26,561 nucleotides of DNA, taken from IMG/VR virus record IMGVR_UViG_3300025498_000017, positions 1 to 26,561 of that record. One strand, given 5' to 3'. Shown piece by piece: positions 14,684-22,449 of the stretch. The position numbers and the translations under genes were made by a program. Numbering within the stretch: the stretch's first letter is position 1; each line of letters begins with the position of its first letter. This DNA is from a virus. Lineage: Duplodnaviria > Caudoviricetes. A model generated the notes under the pieces. The model saw nothing but the letters and a program-made list of their open reading frames with translations. It did no database searches and had not been told where the DNA came from.

Positions 14684-17382
14684 TTAGCTAATAGCTGCAA
14701 TTTGTTACTCGCCTTTCGGCGGGATGAGCCATTTCTGCTCATCTCTCATGGTTGTATTCCCATGAGATCAGACTATCGCATCACCTTTCGGCGTTCTCTC
14801 GCTTAGTCGTTCAGGCTGCTTTCGCTTGCCCCTTGTTGGCATTTCAGCGTTCAAGTCAATCAGAGAGAATTTAAGCGGCTCCATTGTATTAAAGCCGCAT
14901 CGATTTGACGCATCATTTACAAATCGATAAAATCCGCATGCGTTAAGATTCCTAGCTCACTGCACTTGCAGCGTCGAGAAGTCTCATACGGATCGTAGTA
15001 TCGGGTCCAAGGCTCGTCGTGAAGTGCACACGATAGCTCGTCCATCCGGGGATCAACCCTTCAGGATCGGCAACAGTCGGCTCTGCGTTCTGCACGATGT
15101 TGCACTCGATGTTACGCCACTCACCGTTGCCATAGCCCACATCACCCTTCGCTCCAAGGTTGACGGAGAAGATACCGTCGCGCCCGAAGATATAGGTGCG
15201 GAGTGCGACCAGTCCAGAGTACCCACCGTAGTTCTGGGTCTGGGTGACGAGGTTCGTCTGGAAGAACTGAACGCCGGTAGACGGCAGTTCAATGACTTCA
15301 GTCAGATCGACCGAAACGAGACTTTCCATCTTCAACTGGCCCACCGGAGTGTGCTTCAGAATGTCGATGGGAGAATCGTTGCTGTTGTCAGCAATCACAT
15401 CGCCCAAAGCGAACGGGTGTATGTATTTGTGTTTAGGCTAAATTAGACAGAACACATATGCCCCATTTCATCATGCAAATACTCTTTGCATCTAGGGCAA
15501 TGATCTATATCTAAACCCTGATTCACATCAGGTGCACTCTCACAGTCGCCTGTGAGATCAGACTCTATCTTCACTTCCAGATCTTCGGAAGCGCTTGACG
15601 TATTAGTCGTTACAGATTTTTGATGGTGCAAAAGTTTCATCTCCTGATACATTTTTTCTCGCAAGTCAGGATTTTCTACTTTATGCAATCGAACAAACTT
15701 CAAGAGCAATTTTGCTTGTTCCCGTTTTTCTAATAGATACGGGAGTATCGCGAGCAAAAACTTCTCTCGGGATTCATTCGAATTCAATACCCATTTGTAG
15801 CAAATCTTGTTCGCACGTCTGTCACTGCAATAGTAAGTGCCGCCTACGACTTCAACCAACATTTTAAGCAACGGCAAATAGGTATTCGTCACACCCAGAT
15901 TAGCGGTGTAGTGGAAACAATTAGTTTTGCTATTTTCGGGCCTTCGTATCTTAGATATCGTAAGGTGTCCCTCGCCATCGATAATTCCAGCGATATAGGC
16001 AAACTTCGTTTTTCTCATCAAATCTTTCCTCGGTATTGTCTGCTACTATATTAGTATAACAGAGGTCCACCGATTTAGTCAAGTTTTTTAACGCAGGAGC
16101 CATACTAGCAACCCGCACAAGCGGACATTGCCTTTTGGTTAACCCCTGCGAACGTCTTCGTGCCTTCGTCGAACGGACGCACGCTGCGACCCGCCAGCGA
16201 CTGAACGCTGTTACGAATCTGAGAGAGCGACAGAGCGGTGAAGCTCGAAGTGCCCGAAGCGGCCAGTTCAGTAAGGACACTGGCATCGATGCTGGATGCA
16301 CCATCAGCGGTTGCACGCACGAGTGCGGACAACGATTCGCCAAGGCGATACGACATTTCGCGGGCAACGTTCTCGACGGTGTTGTCAATGGCAGTCGCCA
16401 AACTGAGCGAACTGAAATTGGCGTAGTCAGCATATTCTCCAATCGTGGCAGTGGTCGTAAGAACACTGACAGATAGAGAACTGCCGACAGTACCTTCCGT
16501 AGTCTGGGCCACGTTTGCGGCCAACGGAACGTACATGAACCAAACGTGTTTTGGATTTAAGACTTACTGTCCCTTATGTCACCATAAGGTCGCTCTCATT
16601 GTCACCAATGAGTTCGGGCTCTATCTTTGTCATTACTTGTGAAGAAGTAATGACATTTAGCGTATTAGTCTCTACAGATTCTTCTCTCTGATTTAGAAGA
16701 CAGCACTTTTGTACTAACTCCCGACGTTTTTCCTGTTCACCATAACCTAAACGACAGAAGTCCAAAGCGATTTCTGCTTGCTTTCGTTTGATTACGAGGT
16801 ACGGAAGAATTCCCAAAAGAAACGATTCTCGATTCTTTTTACCGGAAGGATGCCAAACGTATTGAATTTTCTTGGACCAATCAGTGTGTGATCTAGTGTA
16901 AAATTTTCCACCAAAATTACCCACCAACCATTTCATCAAATTCATAGACGTGTTGTAAATTATAATTTGCAAAAAGAAAGCGGATTGTCCATCCGGCTGT
17001 CGTTCGTGCAAACACACACAACCTTCACCATCAAATATTCCGGCCACATACGGCCATTTACTGCTCATAAGAAGCCTTTCCTCGGTATTGTCTGTTGTCA
17101 GATGTTCACCGATTTAGCTAAATTTATTTAGTACGGGACCATCATGTAATCTCGTACTGATTACCTGAATTAACAGGGAGGTCCAAACGTTCTGAACAAG
17201 CAACGAATGGGGTTTGCGCCTTCAGGTTCTCACGGAATTTCTTCATTTATATTCCGTTATTGTCAGTATACCACAATACCCTACTCATGTCAACAGCCTG
17301 ACGTTTACGACAAGAAATCGTAAAACTTTACCGTGGACTGAGGCAGGTTGGCTTGCTGGTTTCCTGCGGGTGAAAAACTCAT
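14684..17382 (-). CDS. Major capsid protein (N4-gp56-like), spliced: join(17382..17317, 17243..17149, 16540..16142, 15423..14988, 14913..14892, 14697..14684), 343 aa
   Basis: Follows scaffold; SD GAGG; joined exons give one frame MSFSPAG..VKFYD|KKFRENL..NQYEM|FMYVPL..FAGV|IHPFALGD..TTIR|MRQIDAAS|AIS*; motifs GEYADY, IHP..LGD, TYIFG, DP.G..GW. Confidence 0.8.
14698..14891 (-). ncRNA. Compact ORF-less group I intron (194 nt), capsid intron 5
   Basis: P1 GCGGCTT/GAGCCGC with U.G; core ACGACTAA...GCGATAGTCT (P7); terminal G; removal restores Ser-Ala-Ile-Ser-stop. Confidence 0.85.
14914..14987 (-). other. Core-less mini-intron B (74 nt) containing an alternative capsid C-terminus
   Basis: P1 ATCCGT/GCGGAT (U.G), P10 ACGCAT/ATGCGT, extra helix ATCGATTTG/CAAATCGAT, ends TAAATG; loop encodes MRLLDAASAVS*. 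Confidence 0.7.
15443..16021 (-). CDS. Intron-encoded single-motif LAGLIDADG homing endonuclease
   Basis: YIAGIIDGEG; ILPYLLEKREQA; C-terminal part reads through the 3' half of the intron core. Confidence 0.9.
   Translation of the reverse strand: MMRKTKFAYIAGIIDGEGHLTISKIRRPENSKTNCFHYTANLGVTNTYLPLLKMLVEVVGGTYYCSDRRANKICYKWVLNSNESREKFLLAILPYLLEKREQAKLLLKFVRLHKVENPDLREKMYQEMKLLHHQKSVTTNTSSASEDLEVKIESDLTGDCESAPDVNQGLDIDHCPRCKEYLHDEMGHMCSV
16053..16082 (-). promoter_or_regulatory. sigma70-type promoter inside intron 3 for the LAGLIDADG ORF
   Basis: TTGACT-18 nt-TATACT with TGn extension; the -10 box lies in an expanded hairpin absent from the related intron 2. Confidence 0.55.
16541..17148 (-). 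mobile_element. Group I intron (608 nt), capsid intron 2, with LAGLIDADG ORF
   Basis: P1 AGTACGAGAT/GTCCCGTACT; P10 TACATGA/TCATGTA; P3 TTTAGC/GCTAAA; core AGAGACTAA..AAGATAGAGCCC; P9.0 GAAC/GTTT before terminal G; junction AT+G = Met (a 1-nt shifted Ile junction is also in frame). Confidence 0.85.
16574..17068 (-). CDS. Intron-encoded single-motif LAGLIDADG homing endonuclease
   Basis: YVAGIFDGEG; ILPYLVIKRKQA; C-terminus overlaps the intron core. Confidence 0.9.
   Translation of the reverse strand: MSSKWPYVAGIFDGEGCVCLHERQPDGQSAFFLQIIIYNTSMNLMKWLVGNFGGKFYTRSHTDWSKKIQYVWHPSGKKNRESFLLGILPYLVIKRKQAEIALDFCRLGYGEQEKRRELVQKCCLLNQREESVETNTLNVITSSQVMTKIEPELIGDNESDLMVT
17244..17316 (-). other. Core-less mini-intron A (73 nt) containing a promoter
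   Basis: P1 TTTACGAT/GTCGTAAA (U.G), P10 TTCTT/AAGAA, extra helix ACGGAAT/ATTCCGT, ends TAAATG; in-frame TAA if retained; removal fuses YD|KKF. Confidence 0.75.
17265..17293 (-). promoter_or_regulatory. Near-consensus sigma70 promoter within mini-intron A
   Basis: TTGACA(17293-17288)-17 nt-TATACT(17270-17265), TGn extended -10. Confidence 0.75.
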
Positions 17383-17397
17383 TGGAGTTTTCCTCAA

Positions 17398-18438
17398 TTA
17401 TCGACGAGATGTAGGTTTTGGCGGCATTTTTTCCGCCAACTCATTTACATGTTTCGCAAATGCGGGATTCTGTAAATTCTTCCGATATACATCGGAAGGC
17501 ATTCTGTCGATTTCTGCCATAGTCAATTTTTCTATCACGCCTGTAGGAAGCGTATCAGAACCCATGCTGGATGCTATACGATTATTAAAGCCTGATGGAA
17601 CTGGACTAGGACGCTTTTCCGTCGGTACACTGACGGACGATTGCGACACAGGAACCTCGCTAATCCGAGCGGGTTCCGGTGCGGGTTCCTGCGATTTCGG
17701 AACCTCAACCCCGGGTGCTGGTACTTCCGGCACGGGTGTAACCTCACGCACGATAGGCGATGGAAAAAGCAATCCGGCTTTTTCCATCTCAACTTGGGCA
17801 TACTCAAAATTCTTGACTGTTGGCTTTAGCCCATTTTTAACCATCCAGTCACAGACCGTTGCTATGTTCTCCTGACACTTGTAGAATTCAGGATGCTGTG
17901 CTAGCCACTCTTCTGCATTCTGACGTGCCATGAGTTGATGCGTTTGTAATTGCGTAGTATTTAGAGTATCTCGAAGGACACTCGGCTTTACGCCAACTGC
18001 GGATTCCAAAAGTCTATCGCGAGCAGATTCGAACTTCTCGGGGTCATTCAACTCTTGAGAAATAGCAAATCGTTCTTCCGCAGATAGTGGCTTCTCCGCA
18101 AAGTTTACAAGCGGCTGAATCTTCTCAATTTCAGGTGCGATCTCATCTTTCGTGCCGCGACCTAACCGATTTTCACGGGAGAGAGTTCGCATCTTGCGAA
18201 CCAACTCCATATTCTGATCTCTTAACTTCTCGACCAATTCAAGTTCGGTAGTATACAGGATTACCTGCTTGCCACCGAGCGGTCGATTATGCTCATCTAC
18301 CGGCTGATACTCATACCGCTTTTGTACCGGGGCGAGCGGATCGGGAACTGCCTGAACTACTGGCACTACAGGTGCCACAACTTCAGCAACCGGGGTTTCA
18401 GGAACCTCTACTTCTAGAACAACTGGAACTGTGCTCAT
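17398..18438 (-). CDS. Capsid scaffolding protein
   Basis: 346 aa, acidic/Pro-rich with helical segments, immediately upstream of the capsid gene; C-terminal IDRMPSDVYRK motif typical of scaffold tails. Confidence 0.7.
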   Translation of the reverse strand: MSTVPVVLEVEVPETPVAEVVAPVVPVVQAVPDPLAPVQKRYEYQPVDEHNRPLGGKQVILYTTELELVEKLRDQNMELVRKMRTLSRENRLGRGTKDEIAPEIEKIQPLVNFAEKPLSAEERFAISQELNDPEKFESARDRLLESAVGVKPSVLRDTLNTTQLQTHQLMARQNAEEWLAQHPEFYKCQENIATVCDWMVKNGLKPTVKNFEYAQVEMEKAGLLFPSPIVREVTPVPEVPAPGVEVPKSQEPAPEPARISEVPVSQSSVSVPTEKRPSPVPSGFNNRIASSMGSDTLPTGVIEKLTMAEIDRMPSDVYRKNLQNPAFAKHVNELAEKMPPKPTSRR

Positions 18439-19109
18439 ATACTCCTCCGTATATACTGCTTGTACTCATCGGCGGACATGGCATCCGTCAAATCTATACC
18501 TTTCCAGAGTCGATGGACTCTGTGCATCTCTTCCGGCGAAAATTCCGCCGATGTAATCAACTCATTGTCTGGAGTAGGTGTCGCAGGAAATGGGTCTTTA
18601 TAAACCCGACGACGATATATTAATCGTTCATCATGCTTACCTTTGATACCTTTTTCAGCTAGGACTTTCGCCACCCATCCGTCTTCAGATTTACCAAATA
18701 TCGGTGCAGCAATTACCATATCCATACTCTGGGGGCTCAACCAATAGCCCGCCCCACCGTGCATGTACTCTAGATAATTTCCACCTACATACGCTCGAAC
18801 TTTCATACCAACGTAATAGTATTTCTCAAAACCACTTTTTAGAAGCCGATCTAGGCGAACATAGGCATCGTCATCGCACTTGAAAAAATGGGTGTATCCA
18901 TTTTCCTTTGCCCATTTTATCGCCGCCTGTACCTTAAGCGGCAGACCCATATATGTATCTGGTACTTCTAAAAAGACTTCATCCGGCAATGCTGTGCGAT
19001 CCCCACCACCATAAAAGAATCGGACATGCTCATCAGACCATGTCTCACGTATTTTTTGTGGGGCGTATATGTTCTTATGGCATGTAATTACTGCGATTAG
19101 GAGTTTCAA
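18435..19109 (-). CDS. GT31-like (beta-1,3-galactosyltransferase / Fringe-like) glycosyltransferase
   Basis: DTYMGLPLKV..AIKWA, FFKCDDDAYV (DxD), YMHGGAGYWLS, SEDGWV motifs. Confidence 0.8.
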   Translation of the reverse strand: MKLLIAVITCHKNIYAPQKIRETWSDEHVRFFYGGGDRTALPDEVFLEVPDTYMGLPLKVQAAIKWAKENGYTHFFKCDDDAYVRLDRLLKSGFEKYYYVGMKVRAYVGGNYLEYMHGGAGYWLSPQSMDMVIAAPIFGKSEDGWVAKVLAEKGIKGKHDERLIYRRRVYKDPFPATPTPDNELITSAEFSPEEMHRVHRLWKGIDLTDAMSADEYKQYIRRSI

Positions 19110-19450
19110 TTAAATTCCTCAATCACTGCGGTTACCGCGTCTTCCACGATATCCTGTCGGCGATTGTTGTAAGCATTGATCGAACACTCTTCTTGAATGC
19201 GCTCCATCAATCCTACATAAAACTGTGCTACTGCTTTCGCCAAATAATGATTGGCGCAGACTTCAGCGGAGTTAGCAGGGTTAGTGTTTATCAATTTGAA
19301 GTTGAACTTTCGAACTTGATCTTCCATGATCTTCTGTACGATATCGAATCCCCGTTGCTTTACATATGAAGAAAGAATTGCTTTTTCGACATCGTCGAGT
19401 TGTAATTCTACATCTAGTCCTTTCAATAGATCATTCTCAATTTTCAGCAT
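19106..19450 (-). CDS. Small helical protein between portal and scaffold
   Basis: 114 aa; SD AGGAGGAG; position typical of a conserved head-module gene. Confidence 0.6.
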   Translation of the reverse strand: MLKIENDLLKGLDVELQLDDVEKAILSSYVKQRGFDIVQKIMEDQVRKFNFKLINTNPANSAEVCANHYLAKAVAQFYVGLMERIQEECSINAYNNRRQDIVEDAVTAVIEEFN

Positions 19451-19466
19451 TCTCCTCCTAACATCC

Positions 19467-19856
19467 TTACTGTATTTCGCCGTCCCAAACTTTCTTAAAG
19501 ATTAGGGTAAGCCAAGCGATTACGCAGAATTCATTCGCCCATTGTCCGAGTTCGATGAGTCCGTCACCTATACTATAAATACCATCTTTGAAGTCAAACA
19601 CATCCGCAAGGGAATTAAGATGAGTATCCTTCGTCATTACGCAATGGACATCGTCCAGCATATCCGCAGGTAACGTTGTCTGACCTTGTATTCCTCTAAG
19701 ATCATCCAATTTAACGGGATTCATCATTACAGGGAATCGGTCATGGTTAGAGATTAGAACAGCTTCATTGCTGGCAATACCAAGACCAAGGGATGCCCAC
19801 GGTGCAAGTAAAACCCAGAGGCAAGAGACACGGAGGAATCTACGAATTTTATTCAT
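19467..19856 (-). CDS. Membrane protein, DUF5317-like
   Basis: Hydrophobic segments plus N..VLISNHDRFPV...H..MT..THL..LAD......YSIGD pattern; likely ATG 19856. Confidence 0.55.
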   Translation of the reverse strand: MNKIRRFLRVSCLWVLLAPWASLGLGIASNEAVLISNHDRFPVMMNPVKLDDLRGIQGQTTLPADMLDDVHCVMTKDTHLNSLADVFDFKDGIYSIGDGLIELGQWANEFCVIAWLTLIFKKVWDGEIQ

Positions 19857-19911
19857 ACAGCCTTTCCGTACAGGGCATTCATTTTCGTGGTCCGTAGACC
19901 CCTGCTCCACG

Positions 19912-22449
19912 TTACATCACCGTTGGCATCTGGCCTTCTAACCCACCTGTTGAGGGCTCTCCCAGAACCGTCTCGCTAAGCCCTGAGGCTTTTGCAGAGG
20001 CGATTACTAGATCACGCTTAATACGATTGTTGGATGACTGATCTTCCAATTCCTGCTTCTGTGCAAACTTGTCATTGCTCTGCTGTTGCGCGGCTTGCGT
20101 CCTCTGCGCGGCGATTGCAGCGGGAGAGTTCGCATCCTTTTTATCCTGCATTGCTTTCGGCATCGCCTTGACGATATCCTGTCCGTTCTTCCACTCAGAG
20201 GCTTCCATCCACATTTTGAAGACTACGTTGTAATCAATGTACAGACCCATCTCTCCTAATGCTTGGGTAAGCTGTGGGTTGTCAAGGAACTGCGTCAACA
20301 TAACCATCGACTGAGCCATGGTTCGTTTCGCAGCCATGCTTGCGCCCGCTAGGACTTCGAAGTCCATTTGGGCGTCCCAATACCGCTGCATATCAAGGGC
20401 CTGTGTAAGCGGACTGCCGAGCACATCACCCAATATATGGATGATGCTCGCGTCAGACATTTTCGTAAATACCAACTCGTCCACGATATACAGGAACGGT
20501 TTGAAGACTTGCTCAATGAAATTATCCAATGGGCCGTCTAATCTTGTCGCACTAGCTGATGCCTGAATTGTAGCACCACCTGAGGTTCGACCCATGGAAG
20601 AACGTGGTCCTGCTGAACTGCCTTGAACTAACTGTTGATCTGCGCCAGATGACGATTCCGTCGCCTGCTCAGATTCTTTTAGTGCATTCCAAATGTCACC
20701 GGGAACCTTAGGCGTCTCCATTAGAGTGAAAGCCTTGTCCGTTTCCCCATCAACCGTCATGATCTTGCCGACGTTTGTTTTGACCATCTGTGTAAGGTTA
20801 TTCCCGTCCCTACGTTTTAGGTAAACAGGATTTACGCCATACGAAAGGATTTTCAGGATAGCGTTAATCGTTCCTTGATCTACGCGTTGGTTCTGGCCGA
20901 CAATAAGGCCGAGCCCCATGCCGAAGAATGCTTTCGGTCGATTCCACCAGTTGGATGAAAGAAATGGAATGCGTTTGAATTCATTGTCTCCGGTATAGAT
21001 GACTTTCTTATTATCTAACACCCGGATTTTCCGTTTGCTGTCCCAATATTCCAACACCTCCAGTTTTGTGCGGAGTGGGTCTACTGAGTTCGCAACGTTT
21101 ACATCCTGTGCGTGATGAACCGCACCCTTCATGTAAAGGGTTTGCTCTGTCTGCAAATTGCTGGCGGGAGCCGGGGGTTGAATCCACGCGTCTTTCAAAT
21201 TCTCGGGGAAAGACCATCCATCCATTACAGATGCATCTTCTTTCGCAGCAAGTAACAATGCCTGCTGGAGATCATATAGTTCATAGAAGTCCATGTAACG
21301 AACGTCTACAACCCACTTCGCATCTCGGATATCGGGGACATCTAGTTTCGGGTCCACAAGAACTTTGTCCAGAGGACGATGCTCGAAGAATGGCATCGGG
21401 ACAGATTTTACAGTTGTCGTGATCTCTGGCGGCTGGTCTAATGAAACGCTTATCGTAGTCTTTTGTCCGTCTGGTCCTACGTCTTCCTTTAGAATAGCGG
21501 CTTTGCGCCGGGACGTAACAATTTCAGTCCAGTCGTATCCCCACTTCCAAATTCCCGTTCCTAGGTGAGCCATTGTCTCAAGACCCCATTTTGTTTCGGT
21601 CTTGAATTTGCTCTTGTCCAGAATGTACGAAAATAATGCTGTCTTTGCATCAATTATATTCTGATGTTCGCCGGGTCGCGGTCGTAGAATCATCGGCGGG
21701 TCATCGTAAAAGAGACCTTTGTACAGTTGTGGAACTACTGAATTCACAATCTTCGCAACAGTAAACCGCTGTATATTCGGTTCGAGGACATAAGTATTGT
21801 CGTAAACAGTCATCGGACGCGGTGCTTGAAATAGAAGGTCGGCATCCACCGTTGTTGCTACTAGCACTTAGTAGGATAAGTCATTTCTGCTTATCTCATA
21901 CGGTTACATTCCCGTATGGTCGGACTATCGCATCACCCATAATTAGGTGCCCGCTCATTTAGTCTCTCAGCGTGCCTTGCGGCTTCGCCCTTGTTGGCAT
22001 TTCAGCGTTCAAGTCAATTAGAGTAGGTTTTACTGGCGCAATACTCTTGACGCCAGAGCAAATTCCCAAATTTGTTACTGCTTTCGCAGGATCAGACATT
22101 TCTGCTGACCTCTCACGGTTGTTATTCCTCGTAAGTTCGGACTATTGCTTCGTCTTTAGACGCCCTCTCACTTAGTCTCTCACGGTGCTTTCGCTTCCGC
22201 CTCGTCTCCATTTCAGGGTTCCGAGTCAATCAGAGTGGGTTTTAAAACAGCAGATTTTGTTTACTGTTTCTGGAGAAGAAAATCTCTCGCAGCTTGTGCA
22301 GAGCCGACGACCAAAGCTAAATCGGAGGATAATCCTTTTGGATCACCTTGAGTTCCTTTGATATCGCCCGCTGGGGTAAAATTTTCAGCAGTCAGTGGCT
22401 TGTGTGCGTTACCGTCCGACTGAATTTTTGCATCAGTCACTTCAGGCAT
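19912..22449 (-). CDS. Portal protein, spliced: join(22449..22263, 22066..22050, 21846..19912), 712 aa
   Basis: Follows terminase; HLGTGIWK, VLVDP, EVLEYW, FFGMG..L, RTSGGA portal motifs; spliced junction reads LLQKQ-W-NLLWR-DADLLF. Confidence 0.85.
21847..22049 (-). ncRNA. Compact ORF-less group I intron (203 nt), portal intron 2
   Basis: P1 CTGGCGT/GCGCCAG (U.G); P10 GTATT/GATGC; P7 GAGACTA/TAGTCC; terminal G. Confidence 0.9.
22067..22262 (-). ncRNA. Compact ORF-less group I intron (196 nt), portal intron 1
   Basis: P1 AAACAGT/GCTGTTT (U.G); P10 CAAAATCT/GGAATTTG; P7 GAGACTA/TAGTCC; terminal G; junction T+GG = Trp. Confidence 0.9.

Larger units (their letters stand above)
15424..16141 (-). 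mobile_element. Group I intron (718 nt), capsid intron 3, with LAGLIDADG ORF; apparent terminal A
   Basis: P1 CGCAGGGGT/GCTCCTGCG; P10 GTATG/CATAC; P4 ATCGGTG..ACCGAG; P7 ACGACT/AGTCT; removal gives GT+C = Val then Ile-His-Pro. Confidence 0.8.

Noticed and set aside
15951-16466. 171-aa minus-strand ORF overlapping capsid exon 3
   Set aside because: Alternative frame of the capsid exon and intron 5' end; no motif
17244-17316. Programmed ribosomal bypass (T4 gene 60-like) as the explanation for the mini-inserts
   Set aside because: No matching take-off and landing codons (GAT vs ATG; CGT vs ATG); the U.G P1, P10 and terminal G fit splicing better
22261-22263. Stop-codon reassignment or pseudogenisation explaining the broken portal and capsid
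   Set aside because: All breaks resolve exactly with intron removal, and TAA, TAG and TGA all end normal genes here
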